A stretch of DNA of 64,000 bases. Origin: Sandaracinaceae bacterium (GTDB lineage Bacteria; Myxococcota_A; Polyangia; Polyangiales; Sandaracinaceae). The stretch covers positions 15,621 through 79,620 of the forward strand of contig JBILLJ010000019.1 in the NCBI GenBank assembly GCA_044376125.1, read 5' to 3'. The notes beneath the pieces are model-generated. The model saw only the letters and a program-made list of their open reading frames with translations. It had not been told where the DNA came from and did no database searches. Positions 1-9,334 of this stretch are shown in pieces; the first letter of the stretch is position 1; every line of letters starts with the position of its first letter. Position numbers and translations under genes: made by a program.

Positions 1-35
1 CGAGCCGCGAGGGCATCGAGCGCGGGGCGCTCGCG

Positions 36-719
36 ATGCGCGAAGACGCTCTGACGCGCTGTCTCGGCATCGCGCCCGCGTCGGCGCGCGGCCTCTTCGA
101 GAACGGCGCGTTCCTCATGCCCCAGTGGCTCGACGCGGTCCGCGAAGAGCCCGACTTCTTGCGCCTGCGCGTGCTCGACGAGCAGCTCGCGCGGAACATG
201 GCGGTCGACGTGCCGATCGTGTCGAACCTCCTTCGCGCGGAGTACTTCCTCCTCGTGGTGCAGCAGGGGGAGAACCGCCGCGACGCGCCCGTCGACGTCT
301 ATCTCTGGGACCTCCGCGAGAACCGGCAGCTGCTCCGCACGCGCATCCAGGCGCGCGGCGTGCTCATCCCGGTGCGCATCGATCGCATGCTGCCCGGCGT
401 GCAGGTGCAGGCCGCACCGGGCGTGCCCGCGATGACCTCGGGCGGCGCGCACGACTGCTCGATCGCCGCGCAGATCAAGGCGATCACGGGCGACAGCGTC
501 GTCGAGGTCGGCACCGACACGATCGAGACGCTGACGGGCGCGCGCGAGGCCGCCGCCGCGGAGGCCGCCGCAGCCGAAGGCGCGACCCCGAGCGAAGGCG
601 CGACGGCACCGAGCGAAGGCACGACCGCACCGAGCGAAGGCGCGACCGCACCGAGCGAAGGCGGGCCCACGGAAGCCGAGGGCACGACCGCGCCGAGCGA
701 GGGCAGCGCGCAGCCGTAG
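36..719 (+). CDS. hypothetical protein, possibly 5'-truncated by the window edge; C-terminal TAPSEG(A/T) heptapeptide repeats
   Basis: Balanced composition in ORF-track frame. The frame stays open back to nt 3, so the true start may be upstream of the window. Six in-frame 21-bp repeats at 588-713. Confidence 0.6.
   Translation: MREDALTRCLGIAPASARGLFENGAFLMPQWLDAVREEPDFLRLRVLDEQLARNMAVDVPIVSNLLRAEYFLLVVQQGENRRDAPVDVYLWDLRENRQLLRTRIQARGVLIPVRIDRMLPGVQVQAAPGVPAMTSGGAHDCSIAAQIKAITGDSVVEVGTDTIETLTGAREAAAAEAAAAEGATPSEGATAPSEGTTAPSEGATAPSEGGPTEAEGTTAPSEGSAQP
588..713 (+). repeat. in-frame 21-bp coding tandem repeat (about 6 units, ccgagcgaaggcRcgacSgca)
   Basis: Direct reading of consecutive 21-nt units encoding (T)APSEG(A/T). 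Confidence 0.8.
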
Positions 720-796
720 CTCGAGTGGGTGAGCGCGACGGGACGAATCGATCCCGAGCTTTGCTTCCCGCGCGCGGCGGCGCACGATGCGCCGCG

Positions 797-1561
797 ATGA
801 GACAGAACCCGCTCGCCCTGGTCGCCACCATCGTCAGCCTCGCGATGTCGGGCATCTGCTGCGTCGCCGGCATGGCCTTCGTGCTCTTCACGACCGTGAT
901 GCGCGGGACCAGCACGCCCGAGCCGATCTACGCGGAGGCGCCGGTGTACGCGCCGCCCCCGACGTACGTGCCACCGGTGCGCCCGGCCCCGAGCGGCGTG
1001 ACGGGCGACGTGGCCACGGGCTCGCTCGCCATCGCGGACAACGCGACGCGCGGTCCGGTCGGCGCACCGATCACGATCCACGTGGTGAGTGACTTCCAGT
1101 GCCCGTTCTGCTCGCGCGTCGAGCCGACGCTCGCGCAGCTCGACGCTGCCAACGCCGGCCAGATCCGCTGGGTCTGGCACGACTACCCGCTGCCCTTCCA
1201 CCAGAACGCGATGCCCGCCGCGGAGGCTGCACGCGAGGTGCGTCGGCAGCTCGGTGACGAGGCCTTCTGGCGCTTCCACGACGCGCTCTTCGAGAACAAC
1301 CGCTCGCTCGACGCGTCGAGCATCGAGCAGCTCGCGAGCGCGACGCCAGGCCTGGACATGGCGGCGTACCGGACCGCGATGCAGTCGCACCAGCACGAGG
1401 CGGCGGTTCGCGCCGACATGGCGGCCGTCGACGCGGCGGTGTCGTCGGGCTCGGTCGGTACGCCCTGCTTCCTCATCAACGGCCAGTGGCTCCGTGGCGC
1501 GCAGCCCCTCGCGCGCTTCCAGGAAGCGGTCGACGGCGCACGCGCGCGGCCGTCGATGTGA
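797..1561 (+). CDS. DsbA-like thioredoxin-fold thiol:disulfide oxidoreductase with N-terminal membrane anchor
   Basis: Internal ATG at 797 in ORF 125..1561. TM helix LALVATIVSLAMSGICCVAGMAFVLF. CPFC redox motif (SDFQCPFCSR). C-terminal GTPCFLINGQ typical of the DsbA family. Confidence 0.85.
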   Translation: MRQNPLALVATIVSLAMSGICCVAGMAFVLFTTVMRGTSTPEPIYAEAPVYAPPPTYVPPVRPAPSGVTGDVATGSLAIADNATRGPVGAPITIHVVSDFQCPFCSRVEPTLAQLDAANAGQIRWVWHDYPLPFHQNAMPAAEAAREVRRQLGDEAFWRFHDALFENNRSLDASSIEQLASATPGLDMAAYRTAMQSHQHEAAVRADMAAVDAAVSSGSVGTPCFLINGQWLRGAQPLARFQEAVDGARARPSM

Positions 1562-1647
1562 GACGCGACGGGACGCTCGCGAAGAAATTTCGCGACGCGA
1601 CGCAACGCACGTCGTGACGAGCCGACAACGGGCCCATCGGAGGTCCC

Positions 1648-3117
1648 ATGTCGCAGAGTCATTCGGAACGCGCGTCTCTTCTTCCCCCTCACCAGACGGA
1701 GCTCTCTCGCTACGTGCCCGTGCGTGCGCTCGGGACGGGCGGCATGGCCGAGACCTTCGTCGCGCGCTCGATCGACCCCGCGCGCCCAGAGCTCGTCTGC
1801 CTCAAGCGGCTGCGACCCGCGCTCGCCGCCGATCCCGCGCAGCGCGCGCACTTCGCCGACGAGGCGCGTGTTCTCTCGCGGCTGTGCCACCCGAACGTGC
1901 TCTGTGTGCTCGATGCAGGGACCGACCTCGAGGGTCCGTTCCTCGTCACCGAGCTCGTCGACGGCCTGGACCTGCGCCGCCTCCTCGTCTGGCTCTCCGA
2001 CCTGGGTGAGCCGATGCCCGAGCCCATCGCGCTCCGCATCGCGCACGACGTCGCCGAGGCCCTCGCGCACGCGCACGGTCACGGCGTCGTGCACCGCGAC
2101 GTCACGCCCGCGAACGTGCTGCTCGGTCGAGAGGGCCGCGTGGTGCTGATCGACTTCGGCATCGCCCGCAGCGACGCGCAGACGCAGCGCACGCGCACGG
2201 GGCTCGTGAAGGGCAAGGCCGCGTACATGGCGCCCGAGCAGGCGCTGGGCAGCAAGCTCGACGCACGCACCGATCTCTTCGCGCTCGGCGTGATGCTCTT
2301 CGAGATGCTCGCCGGGCACCGACCGCACGACGGCACGAGCGACGTCGAGACCGTCACCAACGCGCTCCGCGGCAAGCGACGCGCGCTCGGGCGCCCGCTC
2401 CAGACGAGCGGCCTCGATGCGCTCATCGACTCGATGCTCGACCCGCGCGCCTCGCACCGCCCCGACGATGCGACGCAGGTGGTGCGTGCCCTCGGTGGTG
2501 CGCCGCTCGCGAGCGTCGCAGAGCTCGCAGCCTGGGTCCGCACCGCGTGCGACACGCCCGGCCGCACCACGGCGCCGCGCGAGAGCGGCACGCGCAAGAG
2601 CGCGCGCGCCAAGCACCCCGAGACGCTCACGGTGCCCGAGCACGCCATCCACACCTCGGAGGTCCCGGGTTCGGCCATCGACGCGATCGAAGCGGGCGCG
2701 GAGCTGCCGGTCGTGCGCGGCTGGCGCGCCGAGACCGATCCACCGACGTCGCTCGACACCACGCGCGACCCGCTCAGCCAGAGGCACGACGAATACGCCT
2801 GGCAGCCCGAGCAGGTGCCGGCCGGCGACGACACCGTCGTCATGCCGCGCTTCGAGGATCGAGGCGAAGACGACGCGCCACGCACGGAGCTGTCCCCGGC
2901 GCTCGATCTCCCGCGAGGCGAGGCGCGATCGATGCTCGGCGAGCGCGGTCGCGAGACCTTGCCCGTCCTGGCGCCGCGTCCGGCACCCGCACCGCCGGCG
3001 CCGCGGCCACGACGCGTGGCGATGATGCTGCGCACCGCCGCGACGCTCGCGGGAGGGCTGCTCGCAGGCGCGGTGACCGGCGGCGCGGTCGCGCTGCTCC
3101 TGCGCTGTGTGTCGTGA
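1648..3117 (+). CDS. Hanks-type Ser/Thr protein kinase with C-terminal TM segment
   Basis: Glycine loop GTGGMAETF, VCLK lysine, HRDVTPANVLL catalytic loop, DFG, YMAPE. Hydrophobic C-terminus LAGGLLAGAVTGGAVALLL. Confidence 0.9.
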   Translation: MSQSHSERASLLPPHQTELSRYVPVRALGTGGMAETFVARSIDPARPELVCLKRLRPALAADPAQRAHFADEARVLSRLCHPNVLCVLDAGTDLEGPFLVTELVDGLDLRRLLVWLSDLGEPMPEPIALRIAHDVAEALAHAHGHGVVHRDVTPANVLLGREGRVVLIDFGIARSDAQTQRTRTGLVKGKAAYMAPEQALGSKLDARTDLFALGVMLFEMLAGHRPHDGTSDVETVTNALRGKRRALGRPLQTSGLDALIDSMLDPRASHRPDDATQVVRALGGAPLASVAELAAWVRTACDTPGRTTAPRESGTRKSARAKHPETLTVPEHAIHTSEVPGSAIDAIEAGAELPVVRGWRAETDPPTSLDTTRDPLSQRHDEYAWQPEQVPAGDDTVVMPRFEDRGEDDAPRTELSPALDLPRGEARSMLGERGRETLPVLAPRPAPAPPAPRPRRVAMMLRTAATLAGGLLAGAVTGGAVALLLRCVS

Positions 3118-3180
3118 GTCGGACCGAGAGACCATCCGCTCGAGACACGTCCGAACGGACGCGCGGCGCGCGCAGGGCCC

Positions 3181-3217
3181 TCAGAGCGTGCGTCACTTGC
3201 ATTGACGCACGCTCTGA
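3181..3217. repeat. REP-like perfect palindrome (15-bp arms tcagagcgtgcgtca / tgacgcacgctctga, 7-nt loop)
   Basis: Arms are exact reverse complements. Lies between convergent genes. The reverse complement matches the 17107-17143 copy at 32/37 positions. Confidence 0.85.
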
Positions 3218-3293
3218 CGTTTCTTGCCGGAGGGTCTGGCCGCAGCCCCTCCCTCTCGCCGAGTGAATCGGCGAGAGCCTCCCTCCCGCCGAT

Positions 3294-3342
3294 TCGAGCA
3301 CGTCCCACTCGCATCGATCCATCCAAGTGACACGTGCTCTCA
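3294..3342. repeat. degenerate copy of the same palindrome family (tccaag + tgacacgtgctctca), overlapping the oxygenase stop codon
   Basis: Loop plus right arm resembles gtccaag+tgacgcacgctctga of the 17107 copy. An 8-bp stem gagcacgt/acgtgctc is retained. Confidence 0.45.
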
Positions 3343-4722
3343 GGCGGGAAGCCAGAGCCCGTGGAAGGTCATCGGAACCCACTCGGGAAAGCGGAGCGTC
3401 GCGATCGGCTCGTCTTCGAAGCGCGCGGTGTCGAGCACGCGCACGTGGCTGCGATCGTCGGCGGGATCGTGGACGAGCGCGAGCGCCCAGCCATCGCCTT
3501 CGGGCGCGTCGGGGCTGCGAGGCACGAACACGATCTCGGATCCGGCGAGCCCGTCGGCCAGCGGATGAAGGCGCGCGCGACCGCTCCGCGTGTCGAAGCG
3601 GACGAGGTGTCGATGGCCCTCGTGCTCCTCGGTGAGGAAGACGTTCGTGAACGGCGCGTCGGCGCGACCCTCGAAGCGAGGATCGACGCGAGGGAACTCG
3701 CAGCGGCCGTCCCAGAGCGGCTCGACGTCGAGGCGGCGACGCTGCGGATCGATCCGTGCGCGCACGAGCACGCCGGTGGAGCGTGGGCCCGTCTTGCGGA
3801 GCCCTTCGAAGGTCTCGAAGTCCGGGTGTCGGACGAAGAGCGTCTCGATCGCGTCGCCGTCGTCGCGCGCGCCCGCGAAGTGCCACTGGAAGAACGGGTC
3901 CACGGGGAAGCGCGTGACCTCGCTCGGACGATCGAGCGGGACGACGATCACCTCGACGCCCGCCTCGGGGTGGTAGGTGACGAGGCGCGAGAAGTCGCCG
4001 AGGCCGAGCAGCGCACGCACGAGATCGATGCGCACGGGAGACACGAGGAAGAGCGCGCGCGTCGGCGTGACCGCGAAGTCGTGGAGCATCACCGGGTGCG
4101 GCAGGGGCACGCTGCCGAGCTCGCGCGTGGCCGGTGAGCCGCGGTCGGCGAGCTCGTAGAGGTGGATGGTGGTCGTCGGTCCGTACTCGAGACCGAAGCC
4201 GATGGTCGCGGCGCGATCGAGCACGCGGTGCGGGTGGGCCGAGAACGCGTCGCCGATCACCCCGAGGTGCGTCTCGCCGATCGTCTCGAGGGTGCGCGGA
4301 TCGATCGCCGTCGGCGGGCCCGACTCGACGAGCGCGAAGAGTCGATCGCGAAAGGTCATGAGCGCGGTGTTGCCGGTGTTCTTTCGACCGTGGCCGCGCT
4401 TGGTGAGCGTGCGGAGGCTGTTCCAGAGCCGTCGCGGATAGAACGCGCGCGCACCGAAGAGCGGGCGGCCAGCGTGGCGCTCCTCGAGCAGGCCACGGCT
4501 CTGGACGAGGCGCACGGCCCCCTCGGCCCGCGGCGCGCCGGAGGGGCCCGTGATGCGGACCGCCGAGAGCGCGCCGTCTGCCTCGAAGGAGTGTCCGACG
4601 GGCCGGCCGAACAGCTCGTAGAGGCCGGGGCCCGTGCGCACGAGGGTGCCGCGGAGGCCATCGGGGATCGTCCCGGTGACCTCGAGCGCGCTGAACGGGA
4701 GCTCGCGCGCGATGGACTTCAT
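3340..4722 (-). CDS. carotenoid cleavage oxygenase (RPE65/CCD) family protein
   Basis: Start trimmed to MKSIARELPF (cat at 4720-4722). Family-typical blocks: GTLVRTGPG, HSFEADGALS, NTALMTFRDRLFALVESGPP, HDFAVT, FHGLW C-terminus. Confidence 0.9.
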   Translation of the reverse strand: MKSIARELPFSALEVTGTIPDGLRGTLVRTGPGLYELFGRPVGHSFEADGALSAVRITGPSGAPRAEGAVRLVQSRGLLEERHAGRPLFGARAFYPRRLWNSLRTLTKRGHGRKNTGNTALMTFRDRLFALVESGPPTAIDPRTLETIGETHLGVIGDAFSAHPHRVLDRAATIGFGLEYGPTTTIHLYELADRGSPATRELGSVPLPHPVMLHDFAVTPTRALFLVSPVRIDLVRALLGLGDFSRLVTYHPEAGVEVIVVPLDRPSEVTRFPVDPFFQWHFAGARDDGDAIETLFVRHPDFETFEGLRKTGPRSTGVLVRARIDPQRRRLDVEPLWDGRCEFPRVDPRFEGRADAPFTNVFLTEEHEGHRHLVRFDTRSGRARLHPLADGLAGSEIVFVPRSPDAPEGDGWALALVHDPADDRSHVRVLDTARFEDEPIATLRFPEWVPMTFHGLWLPA

Positions 4723-4871
4723 GTCGCCGCGCAATCGAGGGGCCCGAGGTGTGGGGGAGCGTGTCTCGGGGGAGCGTTCGGGCGTGGTCCGCATCGGGGA
4801 CGAGGATAGTGGGGCGAGCGCGGCGCGATCGACTTGTTCCGACGTGGGCCCTAAGCTGCCGCGCTTTCTGC

Positions 4872-5918
4872 ATGGACCCCGGTGCGAAGACCCCTGCCGC
4901 GCGCGAGCGCGAGGCGCCTGCGAGCACGACGCCGAGCGCGAGCGACCCGAGCGCGGACGTGGCCGCGACCGAGGCCGCCGCGGGCGCGACGCGCGAGCCG
5001 CGGCGACCGAGCCTGTGGTGGCTCGTGCTCGCGATCGGTGTGGTGGAGATCCTCGGGCAGCTCGTGATCGAGGCGCGCGTCGCACCTCGGAGCGAATGGC
5101 AGCAGGCGCTCGGTGCGGTGCGCGCCGAGTGGCAGGAGCACGACGCGCTCGTCGTCGCGCCGCGCTGGGCCGATCCACTCCTGCGCGAGGCCGCGGGCGA
5201 TCTGATCGATCGCGAGATGGCGGGCCACAGCGATCTCGCCGCCTATGGGCGGCTCTGGGTCGTCTCGATCCGCGGCCACCGCTCGAGCGAAGCGCCCCCG
5301 GAGCCTCCCGAGCTCTCGCGCGACTTCGGTCGTGTGCACGTCGAGCGCTGGACGCTGCCAGCGCCGCGCGTGCTCTACGACTTCGTCGAGCACGTGGGCG
5401 AGGCGAACGTCACGCGCCGTGAGCGAGGCCAGGACCTGCCGTGTCGGACGATCACCTCGATGGGTCAGACCATGGGCGGCCTCGCGAACGGGCCGATCGA
5501 GACGGCGCCGCGACACCTCTGTGATCCGGGTCGGCCGTGGCTCTGGGTCGGCGCGACGACGACGATGGACCTCGAGCTGCGCGGGCGGCACTGCATCTCG
5601 CAGCACGCGCAGGGCAGCGAGCCGATCTCGACGAGCTACGACGACGTGCCGCTCGGCGAGACGGTCGTGCTGCACGGCGGCATCTGGTGGGAGCGCGAGC
5701 GCTGGCGCAACGGCGGAGACGTCGAGGTCGTGGTCCGACTCGACGGTGAGGAGATCGGCCGCATGACGCACCACGACGGCGACGGGTGGAAGCGCATGGA
5801 GGCTGCCATCCCCGAGGCGCGCCGCGGCGGTCGTGGTCGCGTCTCGGTCGACGTGTCCGCCGAGAACCCCGAGTTCCGCGCGTTCTGCTGGGCGGGCTCG
5901 ACCAGGAGCGGCTCGTGA
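4872..5918 (+). CDS. hypothetical membrane-anchored protein
   Basis: ATG at 4872 in ORF 4749..5918. One TM helix (LWWLVLAIGVVEILGQLVI), then a globular part. The stop overlaps the next gene's start (GTGA). Confidence 0.7.
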   Translation: MDPGAKTPAAREREAPASTTPSASDPSADVAATEAAAGATREPRRPSLWWLVLAIGVVEILGQLVIEARVAPRSEWQQALGAVRAEWQEHDALVVAPRWADPLLREAAGDLIDREMAGHSDLAAYGRLWVVSIRGHRSSEAPPEPPELSRDFGRVHVERWTLPAPRVLYDFVEHVGEANVTRRERGQDLPCRTITSMGQTMGGLANGPIETAPRHLCDPGRPWLWVGATTTMDLELRGRHCISQHAQGSEPISTSYDDVPLGETVVLHGGIWWERERWRNGGDVEVVVRLDGEEIGRMTHHDGDGWKRMEAAIPEARRGGRGRVSVDVSAENPEFRAFCWAGSTRSGS

Positions 5919-7867
5919 GCGCCGACGACGAGACGCAGCCCGCCAAGCGGCCGGAGCGTCGGCCGCGACCGCGCGCGGAGGACACCGCGGGCCACGTGGC
6001 GCTCGAGCCGCGCACCGGCCCCGAGCGCGCGAGCGATCCGCTGCTCGGCGCCGCGAGCGAGGACCCGGCGCACCTGCCGCTCCACTCCTCGATGCCTCCT
6101 CCGCTCACGCCCGTCGCGCCGAAGGAGCCTGCGCTCGCGCACGGACGTGAGCCGACGCGCTGGGACCACCTCGTCGGTCTGCTCCTCGTGGTCGGCTACG
6201 TGGCCGCGCTGCTCGCGACCTCGAGCGGCCTCGGGATGAACCGCGACGAGGGCTTCTACGTGGACGCGGCCGAGTCGTACGCGCGGTGGTGGGACGGCCT
6301 GCTGACCGGCGTGCCGGACGCGCTCGATCGCGCGACCATCGATCGCGCGTGGGAGACCAACCACGAGCATCCGTCGCTGCCCAAGAGCCTGTTCGCGTTC
6401 TCGTGGCTCGCGCAGCAGCGCTGGCACCTCTTCCCCGAAGAGTCGATGGCCTTCCGGTTCCCCGGGATGGTCCTGTCCTCGCTCGCGCTGTGGGTGCTCT
6501 ATCTGTTCGGCGTCCGCCTCTACGGCCGCCGCGCGGGCCTCTTCGCCGCGCTCGCGTACGCCCTCGTGCCGGGTGTCTTCTACCACTCACACCTCGACTG
6601 CTTCGACACGCCGATCGTGTCGATGCTGGTGCTCGTCACCTACTGCTACCACCGCTCGCTGACCAAGCCGGTGTGGGCCATCTGGACGGGCATCGCGTAC
6701 GGCTTCTGCCTCGAGACCAAGCACAACGCGTGGATCCTCCCGCTCGTGTTCCTCGTCCACTTCGTGTTCGTGTGGGGCTGCGAGCGGCATCGGCGCAAGC
6801 ACGCGACCGCCGCGGAGGCCGCACGTGCGCGCGTCTCACTCGTGCCCTGGTGGCTGCTCGCCATGGCGCTCCTGGGCCCACCCCTCTTCGTCGCGATGTG
6901 GCCGTGGCTCTGGCACGACACGATCCCGCGCATCGGCGAGTACGTCGGCTTCCACGTCAACCACATCCACTACAACATCGCGTACCTGGGCTACACGTAC
7001 TTCTCGCCGCCCAGCCCCACGTCGTACGCGTGGGTGACGACGCTCTTCACGGTGCCGCTCGTGACGCTCGTCCTGGGCGCGGCGGGCATCACGATCCGCA
7101 GCCGGACGCTGATCCCGGCCTTCGCGCTCGAGCGCCTCTGGCGACACGGACGCCTCGAGCCGGACGCGGTGCGCTCGGACGTGCTCGTGTTCGGCAGCTT
7201 CTTCACGCCGATGTTCGTGATGATGATGCCGTCCACGCCGATCTTCGGTGGCACCAAGCACTTCCTCATGGCGTACGCGATGCTCGCGCTCTTCGCGGGC
7301 GCGGCGTTCGCGCAGATGACGCGGGTGATCGAGGCGGACGCGCTTCGCTGGCTCGCCCGGCTCGGCACCGTGCGGGTCGGTGATGCGATCACGAGCGCCC
7401 GCGTGAAGACGGGCGTGCTCGTGGCGACGTTCGCCGCAGCGCTGGCGAGCCCGTTGGTCTCCACGGTGCACAGCCATCCCTTCGGCCTCTCGTACTACAC
7501 GTGGGCTGCAGGGGGCGTGCCGGGCGCGGCGGACCTCGGCATGAACCGCCAGTTCTGGGGCTTCACGACAGGGAGCCTCGTGCCGTGGCTCAACGAGCAC
7601 CTGCCCGAGCGCGGCAGCGTGTGGATCTGCGACACGACGGGCACTGCGTTCCACATGCTGCAGCGCGATGGCCTCCTTCGCGACGACGTGCGCGTGGCGT
7701 GGGATCTCTCGAACGCCGACTACGCGATCGTGCATCACGAGGATCACTTCAACATCGTCGACTTCCAGATCTGGGAGGCGTACGGCCGCGTCGATCCCGT
7801 CTTCGTGCTGACCTACGACGGAGTGCCGATCGTCTCCGTGTACGAGAATCCCCGCCGACGTCACTGA
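5915..7867 (+). CDS. GT-C fold glycosyltransferase (family 39 / ArnT-PMT-like)
   Basis: Multiple TM helices. Early loop motif NRDEGFYVDAAESY typical of PMT_2/ArnT-type enzymes. The GTG at 5915 overlaps the upstream stop; the start is uncertain. Confidence 0.8.
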   Translation: MSADDETQPAKRPERRPRPRAEDTAGHVALEPRTGPERASDPLLGAASEDPAHLPLHSSMPPPLTPVAPKEPALAHGREPTRWDHLVGLLLVVGYVAALLATSSGLGMNRDEGFYVDAAESYARWWDGLLTGVPDALDRATIDRAWETNHEHPSLPKSLFAFSWLAQQRWHLFPEESMAFRFPGMVLSSLALWVLYLFGVRLYGRRAGLFAALAYALVPGVFYHSHLDCFDTPIVSMLVLVTYCYHRSLTKPVWAIWTGIAYGFCLETKHNAWILPLVFLVHFVFVWGCERHRRKHATAAEAARARVSLVPWWLLAMALLGPPLFVAMWPWLWHDTIPRIGEYVGFHVNHIHYNIAYLGYTYFSPPSPTSYAWVTTLFTVPLVTLVLGAAGITIRSRTLIPAFALERLWRHGRLEPDAVRSDVLVFGSFFTPMFVMMMPSTPIFGGTKHFLMAYAMLALFAGAAFAQMTRVIEADALRWLARLGTVRVGDAITSARVKTGVLVATFAAALASPLVSTVHSHPFGLSYYTWAAGGVPGAADLGMNRQFWGFTTGSLVPWLNEHLPERGSVWICDTTGTAFHMLQRDGLLRDDVRVAWDLSNADYAIVHHEDHFNIVDFQIWEAYGRVDPVFVLTYDGVPIVSVYENPRRRH

Positions 7868-7947
7868 GCGAGCGCCACGCGCGCGTGCCGTCACGCACGT
7901 CACGGTGTTCGAGGAGCCGACGCGCTCGATGAGGGTCGAACGTGCGG

Positions 7948-8013
7948 CGTGTCGCGTGTCGCGTGTCGCGTGTCGCGTGTCGCGTGTCGCGTGTCGCGTG
8001 TCGCGTGTCGCGT
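7948..8013. repeat. perfect heptanucleotide tandem repeat (cgtgtcg) x9 plus 3 nt
   Basis: Counted unit by unit. The array ends on the first base of the minus-strand kinase stop codon (8013-8015). Confidence 0.95.
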
Positions 8014-8999
8014 CAGGCCGCGCGGACGTCGGGGCGGGTGCGCACGCTCTCCTCGGGCGAGGTGCCGAGGCGCAGCACGGAGAGCAGCGTGCGGTCGACG
8101 GTGCGACGATCGGTGACGAGCGGCGAGAGCGCGCGGCTGATGGCGCGCATGGAGTGGAAGCGATCCTCGGGGTCACGGGCGAGCGAGCGCGCGATGACCT
8201 CGTCGAAGGCGAAGCTGAGGTCGTTGCGGACGAGCCCGGCGCGCGGGGCGTCCTCGCGGATGATGCGTCGCAGGAGGTTGGCGACGTTCGAGCCCGTGAA
8301 CGGCAGGCGGCCGGTGACGGCCTCGAACATCACGATGCCGAGACCGAACACGTCTGCGCGGGCGTCGACGTCGGGATTGCCGGAGGCCTGCTCCGGAGAG
8401 CAGTAGCTGGGCGTGCCGAAGACGCGGCCCATCTCGCGTTCGCGCTCGTCCTTGGGGGCGCGGGCGCTGGCGCAGACGCCGAAGTCGAGGAGACGAACAC
8501 GGAGCGAGCCGTCGGGCGCGCGGTCCATGAAGACGTGCTCGGGCTTGACGTCGCGGTGGACGTAGCCGTGCTGGTGCGCGGCGTGGAGGACGGTGGCGAC
8601 GCGCATCGCGATGGCGCCGACGACCTCGGGCGCCAGGACGCCGACGCGGCGCAGGACGCGCTGCAGGCACTCGCCGTGGATGCGCTCGAGGACGAGGTAG
8701 GGAGAGCCGTCGGCGCCCGGGTATCCGGAGAGGATCCCTTCGTCGAGCACCTGCACGATGGCGGGGTGGTGCACGGTGCGGGCGACCTCGCCCTCGCGGC
8801 GCAGGCGGCGCACGAGGTCCGGGTTGTCGACGAAGGTGGGGCGCAGGACCTTGACGACGACGTTCTCGCCGTCGGCGAGGCGGATGGCCTCGAACGCGAC
8901 GGCGGTGCCTCCGATGCCGAGCACCTCACCGACGCGGTAGCGTCCATCGAGGATTCGTCCGCGGATCTCTGCGCGTTCGTGCGGGACGTTGAGCTGCAT
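8013..8999 (-). CDS. Hanks-type Ser/Thr protein kinase (kinase domain only)
   Basis: Start trimmed to MQLNVPH (cat 8997-8999). GIGGTAVAF, VVKVL, HRDVKPEHVF, DFG, SPEQ motifs. Confidence 0.9.
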   Translation of the reverse strand: MQLNVPHERAEIRGRILDGRYRVGEVLGIGGTAVAFEAIRLADGENVVVKVLRPTFVDNPDLVRRLRREGEVARTVHHPAIVQVLDEGILSGYPGADGSPYLVLERIHGECLQRVLRRVGVLAPEVVGAIAMRVATVLHAAHQHGYVHRDVKPEHVFMDRAPDGSLRVRLLDFGVCASARAPKDEREREMGRVFGTPSYCSPEQASGNPDVDARADVFGLGIVMFEAVTGRLPFTGSNVANLLRRIIREDAPRAGLVRNDLSFAFDEVIARSLARDPEDRFHSMRAISRALSPLVTDRRTVDRTLLSVLRLGTSPEESVRTRPDVRAA

Positions 9000-9334
9000 C
9001 GGGGCCTCGGCCGTGTCGCGTGGGGGGCGTGTCCCGTGGGGGACGGGCCGACCGTCGGGCAGGCCGCGATCGCGGTCAAAAAAACGTCGCCCGCCAGGGG
9101 TCAGAGCATTCGTCGGGGCCTCGTGACGCGAGGGTGCGGGCGCCTTCTCCCCACGCGGCTCCCCTCGCCCCACGGAGGCTCCTCAGCGGGATCGACCGCC
9201 GACGCGCGATGGACCGCCCCCGACACGCAGCTGCGAGGACGGAACACGTCCACCCCGCTCGGCGCGCTGGCCTGCGGGGACATCTCGCCCTTCGCGTGTC
9301 GCGAGGGCATGGGGAGCTCGAGACCCGGCGAGGG

